Origin: Eubacteriaceae bacterium
GTDB taxonomy: Bacteria > Bacillota > Clostridia > Oscillospirales > Acutalibacteraceae
Direction of reading: 5' to 3'
Length of the DNA: 64,000 bases
Assembly: GCA_021770095.1 (NCBI GenBank)
Contig: JAETRQ010000004.1
Span: 30,998-94,997 of the forward strand
A program made the translations under genes and the position numbers. Below, one piece after another: positions 48,661-57,333 of the stretch. How positions within the stretch are numbered: the first letter of the stretch is position 1; every line of letters starts with the position of its first letter. Below the pieces are notes generated by a model. The model was given only the letters and a program-made list of their open reading frames with translations, searched no databases and was not told where the DNA came from.

Positions 48661-49278
48661 ATATATAGTGATTTAATTTTGAAGGGAGCTGATAATATTT
48701 CAGAAAATAAAAAATACAACATAATTCTTTGCGATCCCCCATGGCAATACAAGGTATATTCAAAGAAAGGTTCAGGCAGGTCGGCAGAAAGTTACTATTC
48801 AACTATGAGCCTTGAAGATATACAGTCATTGCCTGTCGGAAATCTGGCAGATAATGATTGTGCTTTGTTTATGTGGACTACCATACCGCTTTTGAAAGAC
48901 TGCTTTTCTGTTATAAAATCGTGGGGATTTGAATATAAGACAGTTGCATTTGTCTGGATTAAACTGAACAAAAAATCAGATACACTTTTTTGGGGTATGG
49001 GACATTGGACAAGAGCTAATGCTGAATTGTGTATTCTTGCCACAAAAGGACGCCCCAAACGGCAATCCGCAAGTGTGCATCAGGTTATTTTGTCACGAAT
49101 TGAAGAACACAGCAAAAAGCCTGACGAAACGAGAAGTCGCATTGTTGAGCTTGTGGGTGATTTACCACGCATTGAATTGTTTGCCCGTCAGAAAAAAGAC
49201 GGTTGGGATACTTGGGGCAATGAGGTTGAGTGTGATATTGATTTAATGAAATACGGAGGTGAAAGTTTTGTCAGATAA
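48631..49278 (+). CDS. MT-A70-family N6-adenine DNA methyltransferase (start uncertain)
   Basis: NIILCDPPWQYK (DPPW catalytic motif) and HSKKPDE. ATG 48631 lies inside the hairpin. GGGAG (48684-48688) precedes only a non-canonical ATT at 48697. Confidence 0.85.
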   Translation: MTSRHHSGLFIYSDLILKGADNISENKKYNIILCDPPWQYKVYSKKGSGRSAESYYSTMSLEDIQSLPVGNLADNDCALFMWTTIPLLKDCFSVIKSWGFEYKTVAFVWIKLNKKSDTLFWGMGHWTRANAELCILATKGRPKRQSASVHQVILSRIEEHSKKPDETRSRIVELVGDLPRIELFARQKKDGWDTWGNEVECDIDLMKYGGESFVR

Positions 49279-50104
49279 CTGGGTAATTCAAAATCTTGAA
49301 AATGCCCTGTCAACTTGGAACGAGAAATTAACGGAAATATGGTCTTTATTAACTACAACACCACAGGAGTTTAAAGGCGGCGGTATATGGGAAATAATCG
49401 TTGATATTAACGGTGCAGTACAGGCAATCGGATTGGCATTGCTTGTGCTGTTTTTTGTTGTTGGTATGGTTAAGACCTGTTCATCATACACAGATGTTAA
49501 GAAGCCTGAACACGCATTGAAACTGTTTGTCCGCTTTGCTATTGCAAAAGGAATGGTAACTTATGGTATGGAACTTATGCTTGCTTTGCTTGAAATTATA
49601 CAAGGTATTATTTCAAACATTATGACTTCGGCAGGTTTTGCATCAGCAGGAACAGCAGCTCTGCCGCCTGAAATGATAACGGCTATTGATAATTGCGGAT
49701 TTTTTGAAAGTATACCGCTGTGGGCGGTAACACTCATAGGCAGTTTATTTATAACCGTACAGTCCTTTATTTTAATTATGACAGTCTATGGCAGATTTTT
49801 CAAACTGTATATGTATTCTGCTCTTGCACCGATACCATTATCAACCTTTGCAGGAGAGCCGACACAGAATGTCGGAAGGTCATTTATTAAAAGCTATTGT
49901 GCTGTGCTGCTTGAGGGTGCAGTCATTGTGCTTGCTTGTATCATATTTTCACTGTTTGCAGGCTCACCGCCTGTTGTGGATACAGACGCATCGGCAGTAA
50001 CTATGGTATGGAAATATATCGGCGAACTTGTGTTTAATATGCTTGTACTTGTAGGCGCAGTAAAGATGTCAGACCGTATTATAAGAGAAATGATGGGACT
50101 ATAA
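49259..50104 (+). CDS. VirB6/TrbL-like polytopic conjugation membrane protein
   Basis: 281 aa with about 6 TM helices. The N-terminus WVIQNLENALSTWNEKLTEIWSLLTTTPQEFKGGGIW is typical of the Firmicutes CD1112-type family. The start is GTG 49259 or TTG 49268. Confidence 0.75.
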   Translation: MKVLSDNWVIQNLENALSTWNEKLTEIWSLLTTTPQEFKGGGIWEIIVDINGAVQAIGLALLVLFFVVGMVKTCSSYTDVKKPEHALKLFVRFAIAKGMVTYGMELMLALLEIIQGIISNIMTSAGFASAGTAALPPEMITAIDNCGFFESIPLWAVTLIGSLFITVQSFILIMTVYGRFFKLYMYSALAPIPLSTFAGEPTQNVGRSFIKSYCAVLLEGAVIVLACIIFSLFAGSPPVVDTDASAVTMVWKYIGELVFNMLVLVGAVKMSDRIIREMMGL

Positions 50105-50133
50105 TTGACTTTTATATAATTTTAATGTATAGT
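50105..50133 (+). promoter_or_regulatory. near-consensus sigma-A promoter internal to the ICE
   Basis: TTGACT (50105-50110), 17-nt spacer, TATAGT (50128-50133). It starts right after the VirB6-like stop. Confidence 0.5.
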
Positions 50134-50338
50134 AATTATGGTTAATTTATTTAGATTATACAAGCATATATCGAAAATAAATTGCTCCTGCCGCAGAGTA
50201 ATTGTATTGCATAAAATTCTTTCTGATATTAAGTTGCTTGTCATCAGTAAGAGAGATTTAAAAAGGGTTCTCGGTAACCGATTATTTTAATGCAAACAAT
50301 AGAAAATAAGTTACAAACTGCGGAGAAAGGAGGAAGTC

Positions 50339-50539
50339 ATGGCTAAAAGAAAAGGTGTGTCAAGCAAGACACATACCGCAAAACAGTTAGATGATTATGC
50401 GAATCAGAATAATCCTAACAACAAAGCGTACAAGTCCAGAACGACTAATGAAAAACAGCAGAAAAATAATAAAGTGGTTAACACTTTTGCTGATTTGGAT
50501 TGGATGTGCTTTAGCAAGGGTATGTACGAGTTTGACTAA
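50339..50539 (+). CDS. small Asn/Lys-rich protein (66 aa)
   Basis: Strong RBS AAAGGAGGAAG. Contains QLDDYANQNNPNNKAYKS. Confidence 0.5.
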   Translation: MAKRKGVSSKTHTAKQLDDYANQNNPNNKAYKSRTTNEKQQKNNKVVNTFADLDWMCFSKGMYEFD

Positions 50540-50616
50540 TATCAAGTATTAAAATATTAGATGGCATCAATCAGAAATGATTGATGCTTTTTTATTTGAA
50601 AATGGAGGTTTAATTC

Positions 50617-50982
50617 TTGGAAGTAAAAATCAATAAAGAGATTCGTGAATACACCGAATCCGTATATTTTGGGCTGAGTTTGCGACAGCTCATTTTTTCT
50701 GCACTTGCCTGTATTGTTGCAGTGGGATTGTACTTTTTATTAAAGCCGTATTTAAGTCTTGAAACTTTATCTTGGCTTTGTATCTTGGGTGCAGTTCCTT
50801 TTGCCGCTTTAGGCTTTGTAACTTATAACGGCATGACAGCAGAAAAACTGCTTGTGTGTTGGTTCAGGAGTGAATTCCTCATTCCCATAAAACTGAAATA
50901 CAAATCAAAAAACACATATTATGAAGCAGTAAAATCAGATATTGACAAAAGAATTAAGGAGGAAATGAAGAATATTGATTAA
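50617..50982 (+). CDS. PrgI-family (VirB3-like) T4SS membrane protein
   Basis: TTG start 8 nt after GGAGG. VYFGLSLRQLIFSALACIVAVGLYF plus a second TM helix. It is immediately upstream of VirB4. Confidence 0.78.
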   Translation: MEVKINKEIREYTESVYFGLSLRQLIFSALACIVAVGLYFLLKPYLSLETLSWLCILGAVPFAALGFVTYNGMTAEKLLVCWFRSEFLIPIKLKYKSKNTYYEAVKSDIDKRIKEEMKNID

Positions 50983-53329
50983 AACACTGAAAACTGTTTT
51001 TCAGAGAGATAAAGAAAAATTTGTAATTCCTAAGTCTGTGCAGGATACAATCCCCGTTCAGACTGTTTATGCAGACGGAATATTTAAAGTCGGCAGTAAC
51101 AAATTCTCAAAGACATTCAAGTTTGCGGATATTAACTATTCCGTTTCAAGCGATGAGGATAAAAAGACAATCTTTCTTGCTTATGAGGAACTGCTCAACA
51201 GCTTTGACAGTGCTGCCACTACGAAAATTACTGTCAACAACCGTAAACTGAATAAAGAAGAATTTGAAAAGGAAATCCTTTTGGAAAATCAGGATGACGG
51301 ACTTGACTATCTTCGTAAAGAATATAACGAGATGTTAAGAACAAAGGTAACGGCATCAAATGCTCTTATTCAGGAAAAATATATTACAGTATCTATTAAC
51401 AAAAAGAGTGTTGATGATGCAAGAACATATTTCAACAGAGTAGACTCGGAGCTTTCATCAAGATTTGCAAGGCTCGGCAGTGTATTTGCCCCTGTTGAAC
51501 TTGATGAAAGACTGAAAATCATTCACGATTTCTATATGCCTGATGATGAATTGCCATTCAGATTTGATTTAAAGGAAGCAATGCAGAAAGGTCACAATTT
51601 TAAGGACACAATCTGCCCTGATTCTATGGAATGCGAAAAGGGATATTTCCGTATCGGTGATAAGTATGCAAGGGTATTATTCCTCCGTGATTATGCATCA
51701 TATATCAAGGATGATTTTCTTGCGAACTTAACAGCACTGAATAAAAATCTTATGGTATCCATTGATGTGATCCCTGTTCCGACAAATGAAGCCGTAAAGG
51801 AAGCGGAAACAAGACTGCTCGGCGTTGAAACAAATATCACAAACTGGCAGAGAAAACAGAACGCAAACAACAATTTCTCTGCAACAATTCCGTATGATAT
51901 GGAACAGCAGAAAAAGGAAATGAAAGAATTCCTTGATGATATTACTACCCGTGACCAGAGAATGATGTTCGGTGTTATTACCATTGTTCATATGGCAGAC
52001 AGCAAGAAACAGCTTGATGAGGATACCGAAGAAATCTGCAACATTGCAAATTCTTCTATGTGCAAAATGACTGTATTCAAGCTCCGTGAGCAGATGTATG
52101 ATGCACTTAAAACCGTTCTGCCCTATGGTGTACGAAAAATTGATACAATGCGTACACTTACCACTGAATCACTTGCAGTATTTATACCTTTCAATGTTCA
52201 GAATATTTATCACAAGAAGGGCATTTACTATGGTGTAAATCCAAGAAACAGAAATCTCATTATTGCAGACAGATTTTTACTGCTTAACGGAAATTCCTTT
52301 ATTCTCGGCGTATCAGGCGGCGGTAAGTCCTTCACTGCAAAAATGGAAATCATATGCAGAGCATTGTCCGATACAAATGCAGATATAATCGTAATTGACC
52401 CTGAGCGTGAGGACAAAAACATCACAAAAGTATTAAACGGTCAGCATATTGTAATCTCGGCAAACTCACAAAATCACATTAATGCTATGGATTTGAACAG
52501 ATACTACGGCGAGGGTGCAGATCCTTTGGTTGACAAAACACAGTTCATTATGTCCTTGTGTGAGCAGATTATGGGAAGCAATGCGATTACACCGCAGCAC
52601 AAGTCTATTGTAGACAGATGCACCTACAATGTTTACCGTGAATATATCAGAGGTAACTATGAGGGTGAACCGCCTACCCTTGTTGACTTATACGAGGAAC
52701 TTTTGAAACAGCCTGAACAGGAAGCGAATCAGCTTGCACTTGCTCTTGAGCTTTTTGCAAAAGGTTCTCTGAATACTTTTTCTAAACAGACAAACATTGA
52801 CCCGAACAACAGATTTATCTGCTATGATATTTTTGAACTTGGCAAACAGTTAATGCCTATCGGTATGCTTGTTATTCTTGACAGTATTCTCAACCGAATA
52901 ACTGCAAACAGAGAAAAAGGCAGAAGGACATATATTTTCATTGACGAAATCTATCTGATGTTTGCACATGAATACAGTGCTGAATTTCTTTACAAACTTT
53001 GGAAAAGAGCAAGAAAGTACGGTGCATGTGTAACAGGTATTACACAGAATGTTGAAGATATTCTGCAAAGCCATACGGCAAGAACAATGCTATCAAATTC
53101 TGAATTTGTTGTAATGCTCAATCAGGCGGCAACCGACAGAGAAGAACTTGCAAGACTGCTTAACATTTCCGATGCAGAGCTTGATTATATTACCAATGCA
53201 GAAGCAGGTCACGGACTTATCAAAATCGGCAGTTCTCTTGTTCCGTTTGAAAACGATTTTCCGAAGAATACGAAATTGTACAAACTGATGTCAACGAAAC
53301 CGGGCGAAGATGAGGGAATGGCTGCATAG
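50975..53329 (+). CDS. VirB4-family T4SS ATPase
   Basis: 784 aa. Walker A GVSGGGKSFTAK and Walker B YIFIDEIYLMF. Confidence 0.92.
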   Translation: MIKTLKTVFQRDKEKFVIPKSVQDTIPVQTVYADGIFKVGSNKFSKTFKFADINYSVSSDEDKKTIFLAYEELLNSFDSAATTKITVNNRKLNKEEFEKEILLENQDDGLDYLRKEYNEMLRTKVTASNALIQEKYITVSINKKSVDDARTYFNRVDSELSSRFARLGSVFAPVELDERLKIIHDFYMPDDELPFRFDLKEAMQKGHNFKDTICPDSMECEKGYFRIGDKYARVLFLRDYASYIKDDFLANLTALNKNLMVSIDVIPVPTNEAVKEAETRLLGVETNITNWQRKQNANNNFSATIPYDMEQQKKEMKEFLDDITTRDQRMMFGVITIVHMADSKKQLDEDTEEICNIANSSMCKMTVFKLREQMYDALKTVLPYGVRKIDTMRTLTTESLAVFIPFNVQNIYHKKGIYYGVNPRNRNLIIADRFLLLNGNSFILGVSGGGKSFTAKMEIICRALSDTNADIIVIDPEREDKNITKVLNGQHIVISANSQNHINAMDLNRYYGEGADPLVDKTQFIMSLCEQIMGSNAITPQHKSIVDRCTYNVYREYIRGNYEGEPPTLVDLYEELLKQPEQEANQLALALELFAKGSLNTFSKQTNIDPNNRFICYDIFELGKQLMPIGMLVILDSILNRITANREKGRRTYIFIDEIYLMFAHEYSAEFLYKLWKRARKYGACVTGITQNVEDILQSHTARTMLSNSEFVVMLNQAATDREELARLLNISDAELDYITNAEAGHGLIKIGSSLVPFENDFPKNTKLYKLMSTKPGEDEGMAA

Positions 53330-53356
53330 CCATTCCTGTTTTCAGAAAGGATAGAT

Positions 53357-54094
53357 ATGAAAAAAATATTATATTTTATAACACTTATGGTGCTGATTGT
53401 TATTCTTGCAGTCAGCACCTATTTTATTGTATCAAATAAAATAGAAAACAAAAAACAGGAAGGTGTATTCAATGACATTGTTTCTGTAGTTGAAACAGAA
53501 AGCAATAACGGTGATAAAGCGTTGAACGGGTATATGGAACTGAAATCACAGAACGCTGATTTTATCGGCTGGATTAAAATTAATGATACCAATATCAATT
53601 ATCCTGTTATGCAGAGCAGTACACCGAATTTTTATCTACGAAAGAATTTTAATAAAGAGTATTCATATTACGGCACGCCATATATCAGTGAATTGTGCAA
53701 TACTGATAAGTCTGATAATTTAATTATCTATGCTCACAATATGAAAAATCATAAGATGTTCGGTGATTTGGAAAAGTACAAGTCAAAAGACTTTTACAAC
53801 AGCCATAGATATATTCAGTTTGATACACTGAACAACAAAGTAACTTATGAAATCATTTCTGTATTCAAAACAACACCTAATGATTTTGATTATCAGAACT
53901 ATACGGATTTTACTAATGAAGAACAATTCAATATCTTTATGGATAAATGCAAGAGCCTGTCCCTTTATGATACTGAAACAAATTCAGCATACGGTGACAG
54001 GCTTATTACTTTATCAACCTGTGAATATTCACAAAAAGATGGCAGACTTGTTGTAGTTGCAAAGCAGACTGAGGTGAGCAATTATGAAGCCTAA
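53357..54094 (+). CDS. srtB: class B sortase
   Basis: N-terminal TM helix, NADFIGWIKINDTNINYPVMQ, YAHNMK (His), LITLSTCEY (TLxTC Cys) and RLVV (Arg). Confidence 0.88.
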   Translation: MKKILYFITLMVLIVILAVSTYFIVSNKIENKKQEGVFNDIVSVVETESNNGDKALNGYMELKSQNADFIGWIKINDTNINYPVMQSSTPNFYLRKNFNKEYSYYGTPYISELCNTDKSDNLIIYAHNMKNHKMFGDLEKYKSKDFYNSHRYIQFDTLNNKVTYEIISVFKTTPNDFDYQNYTDFTNEEQFNIFMDKCKSLSLYDTETNSAYGDRLITLSTCEYSQKDGRLVVVAKQTEVSNYEA

Positions 54095-54848
54095 AAAGTA
54101 TGTTGTATCTCTGTCAGGCGGTAAAGATTCTACGGCTATGCTGTTAAGACTGATTGCAGAAAAAAGACCGATTGACTATATCATTTTTTGCGACACAGGC
54201 TTGGAATTTCCTCAGATGTATGAGCATATTGATAAACTTGAAAAGTATATAGGCAGACCTATTATCAGACTCAAGGCGAAACACGATTTTGAATACTACT
54301 TTTTCGTTTATCACCCTAAACGCAAAAATCCCGAACTTGAAAAGTATGACGGTATGAGTTGGGGCGGTCCGAGAAACCGTTGGTGTACTGCTATGCTTAA
54401 AAAGAGAGTATTAGATGCTTATTTCAAAGACTTAAAGAAGGATTATAAGATTGTTGAATATATCGGCATAGCTGCTGATGAGCCACAACGAATAAAGAAC
54501 GCTTGTTATCCTTTAGTTGAATGGAATATGACAGAGCGTGACTGTCTTGAATATTGCTATGAGCGAGGTTTTGATTGGGGCGGTTTATATAACATATTTC
54601 ATCGTGTTTCCTGTTGGTGTTGTCCTTTGCAGAGTCTTGATGAACTGCGAAAACTTCGCAAGCATTTTCCTGATTTATGGAAACAGCTTGAATTATGGGA
54701 CAGGAATACTTGGCGGACATTTAAGCCCGGTTATTCGGTGCAGGACTTGAATGTTCGTTTTGATTTAGAGGAGCAATGGCAGACTCAAGGTAAAAAACTG
54801 AACACAAAGAAATTCTACAATACCCTAAGAGAAAAATTGGCAAGTTAG
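54084..54848 (+). CDS. PAPS-reductase-family (PP-loop ATP pyrophosphatase) protein
   Basis: VVSLSGGKDSTAM is a PP-loop. There is a C-terminal Cys cluster SCWCCPLQ. Confidence 0.85.
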   Translation: MKPKKYVVSLSGGKDSTAMLLRLIAEKRPIDYIIFCDTGLEFPQMYEHIDKLEKYIGRPIIRLKAKHDFEYYFFVYHPKRKNPELEKYDGMSWGGPRNRWCTAMLKKRVLDAYFKDLKKDYKIVEYIGIAADEPQRIKNACYPLVEWNMTERDCLEYCYERGFDWGGLYNIFHRVSCWCCPLQSLDELRKLRKHFPDLWKQLELWDRNTWRTFKPGYSVQDLNVRFDLEEQWQTQGKKLNTKKFYNTLREKLAS

Positions 54849-54858
54849 CAGGTGAAAA

Positions 54859-56547
54859 ATGAGAGATATTAAAACAAGAGATAAGGTTAATCAGACTGTC
54901 AAAACGCTTGACCGTACTGCCATTGTAGCAGATAAATTCAGAAATACTACAGTAAAATCAAAGGAAACAGCCGAACATACACAGACAACTGATGAAACAT
55001 CACCCGAAGAATATGCCGTAAATCTTGTTTCTGATAAATCAAAAATTGCGGCACACAGAGCTGCCGAAAAATTCAATGAAAAAGGCAAACAAAGTGTTGC
55101 TGAAACCAAACGCAATATTCAGTATTTCAGATCGGAACAAGCTGTTAAATCAATTCGCCGTCAAAGGACTGACAATAAGCCTTCTGCAAGTCCTGATTTG
55201 AACTTTTCCGATAAAGGCAGCAAGTATGACATCAAGACAAGAGAGAGCATTAAAAAGGCAAACACAAAGCCTGTCTGCAAGGATATTAAGGGTGCTGATA
55301 AGACTATTAAAACAGTAAATCATTCTGTTAATCAAACAGTTAAGTTATCATCTGATACAGCACGAAAATCCTATATATCCTCAAAGCAGACTGCAAAGAC
55401 AACAAAGAAAAGTGCCGAAGCTGCTAAGAGAGGTTTTGAGAAATCTGCAAAAACAATGAAAGAAGCGGCAAAGCACACCAAGAAAATTGTTAAAGGTATT
55501 ATTGAGGGTGCAAAAGCAGTAGTCAATGCCATTATTGCAGGTGGTTGGGTTTCCGCTATTGTTATTATCATATTGTGCCTTGTGGGTGCTTTGGCAGGCT
55601 CTTTTTATGGAATATTTTTCTCAACGGAAACCTCTGAAACAGGTATGAACATTTCAAGTGTTATTCAGGACATCAACGCTGATTATGATAACAGAATTGA
55701 TGAACTGAAATCTGATGATTATGACAGGATAGAGATTAACGGCAGTAAAGCGAATTGGAAAGATGTTTTATCTATCTATGCAGTTAAAACTACAACTGAT
55801 TCCGACAATCCTATGGAGATTGCAACCGTTGATGAAAACAAAAAATCAATACTGTCAAATATCTTTTGGGATATGAACAGTATTGATTCTAAAGCAGAAA
55901 CAAGGACAGAAACAAAAGAAACCACCTCAACCGATGAAAACGGCAATGAGGTGATTACAACAGAAGATGTTACTGTTAAAGTGCTTATTATCACAATCAG
56001 CAGCAAAAATGCTGATGAAATGGCAAGTGCATATTCTTTCAATGACAAGCAAAAGGAATATCTTGCAGAACTTATGAACGATAGCAACAATAAATTATGG
56101 GCGTCGATAATATTCAGCACAGGCAATACAAATGATATTGATATAGGCTCAATAGATTTCGGCAATGAAACTGTAAACGATACGCAGAAGAAAATTGTTG
56201 CCGTAGCCACTAATTCAGAGAGTTACGGTATTTCTGCAGGCTCAGGTTATTGTCAAGCGTGGGTAGCTGATGTTTATCAAGCTGTAACAGGCTCACGAGG
56301 TTCAGCTCATTGTGCTTTATGTGCTGCTGATATGTGGGCAGTATCACAGGACTTTAGTAAAATTCAAGTCGGTGCAACAGTTTACGGATACTCAAGCAGT
56401 CAATTTGGTCATGTAGGCATCTACATCGGCAACGGTCAAGTGATACACAATCTATCCGGCACAGTTAAAATCCAATCCCTTAAAAGTTGGGTAAAGGATT
56501 TCAAAGGTTTTGCTTGGGGTTGGGAGAATGGAAAAGTATTAGTCTAA
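54859..56547 (+). CDS. T4SS-associated cell-wall hydrolase (TM anchor plus C-terminal NlpC/P60/CHAP-like domain)
   Basis: A Lys-rich N-terminal region, a TM helix (WVSAIVIIILCLVGALAG), and a C-terminal GSGYCQAWVADVY...GHVGIYIGNGQVIH Cys/His pair. Confidence 0.8.
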   Translation: MRDIKTRDKVNQTVKTLDRTAIVADKFRNTTVKSKETAEHTQTTDETSPEEYAVNLVSDKSKIAAHRAAEKFNEKGKQSVAETKRNIQYFRSEQAVKSIRRQRTDNKPSASPDLNFSDKGSKYDIKTRESIKKANTKPVCKDIKGADKTIKTVNHSVNQTVKLSSDTARKSYISSKQTAKTTKKSAEAAKRGFEKSAKTMKEAAKHTKKIVKGIIEGAKAVVNAIIAGGWVSAIVIIILCLVGALAGSFYGIFFSTETSETGMNISSVIQDINADYDNRIDELKSDDYDRIEINGSKANWKDVLSIYAVKTTTDSDNPMEIATVDENKKSILSNIFWDMNSIDSKAETRTETKETTSTDENGNEVITTEDVTVKVLIITISSKNADEMASAYSFNDKQKEYLAELMNDSNNKLWASIIFSTGNTNDIDIGSIDFGNETVNDTQKKIVAVATNSESYGISAGSGYCQAWVADVYQAVTGSRGSAHCALCAADMWAVSQDFSKIQVGATVYGYSSSQFGHVGIYIGNGQVIHNLSGTVKIQSLKSWVKDFKGFAWGWENGKVLV

Positions 56548-56841
56548 ACGAAATAGAATCGTATAGGTAATATAAAAGCAGATACCTATGGCGAATTTTC
56601 AAAAATTCAGAATGGGAAAGAATACAAAAATTCTAAATTTAAAACGCAAATGGCAGAAAAATAGCAGTTGCTTTAAATTTAGATGTTGAGTAAGTGTTGG
56701 AAATCATATAAATATGGATGTTTTAAAGTCGCAGAATTTCTTAAATTTGACATTAATTATCTTTGGACATATCTTAACCGCTGGAATGATTGAGAATTGA
56801 AATTACGATATGAAGTAATGCTTTAATTGAAAATTGCAGTA

Positions 56842-56874
56842 TAAAAATAATAGGGCTGAGGTAACTCAGCCCTA
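56842..56874 (-). terminator. terminator of the RHS/immunity operon
   Basis: Stem TAGGGCTGAG/CTCAGCCCTA with loop GTAA. On the minus strand it is followed by TTATTTTTAT. Confidence 0.75.
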
Positions 56875-56881
56875 CTTGTTA

Positions 56882-57319
56882 TTATGAAATTTGATTATTT
56901 TTTGTATTAGTAACTTCATCAATATATACTATAGCATTTGATTTTTTTTCATATTTAATAATATAGGTTGTTTTTTTATTGAATTCTTTGTTTGGGAAAA
57001 TTTTTCTTGTGGTAATAGGATCCATAGTTAAACAATAACTTTCTCCTTTTTCATCCAAGAAAAAATATTCTCGCCCAAATATAACACCATTGCTATTCTG
57101 ATAATTGTAGTTCACACTGATTGTTTCAATTTCTGGATTAATAGCATAATTGATATTTTTACAACCTAAAACCAATAAAAAAACACAAACTGCTATTACA
57201 ACTATAAATTCATAGGTTTTCCAATTCATTTTCTTTAAAGCATAAATGCCACAGCCAAGTACAATTATGGACATCGCTAATAATGCAATTGCTTTTATCC
57301 AAATTCCATTAAAATACAT
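56882..57319 (-). CDS. candidate immunity protein for the RHS C-terminal toxin (two-TM membrane protein)
   Basis: 145 aa, starting 12 nt downstream of the RHS stop on the same strand. Two N-terminal TM helices. No recognised family. Confidence 0.5.
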   Translation of the reverse strand: MYFNGIWIKAIALLAMSIIVLGCGIYALKKMNWKTYEFIVVIAVCVFLLVLGCKNINYAINPEIETISVNYNYQNSNGVIFGREYFFLDEKGESYCLTMDPITTRKIFPNKEFNKKTTYIIKYEKKSNAIVYIDEVTNTKNNQIS

Positions 57320-57333
57320 TACTATTATTCTCC

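Larger units (their letters stand above)
19576..56850. mobile_element. integrative conjugative element-like region (Firmicutes MPF-FA/FATA-type T4SS). The conjugation core spans 22223-56547 and the boundaries are uncertain.
   Basis: A co-oriented block: ParB-like, adhesin, polyvalent methylase-helicase, MobC, relaxase, PcfB, VirD4, Maff2, VirB6-like, PrgI, VirB4, SrtB and an NlpC/P60 hydrolase. It sits between housekeeping ppdK and an RHS locus. No integrase was seen, so the ends are not defined. Confidence 0.75.

Noticed and set aside
55776-56210. 144-aa antisense ORF within the hydrolase gene
   Set aside because: It is a shadow ORF with no RBS.
56588-56689. 33-aa basic ORF (MANFQKFRMGKNTKILNLKRKWQKNSSCFKFRC) in the intergenic region after the hydrolase gene
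   Set aside because: It has no SD and is too short to support. It could be a remnant of a decayed gene.
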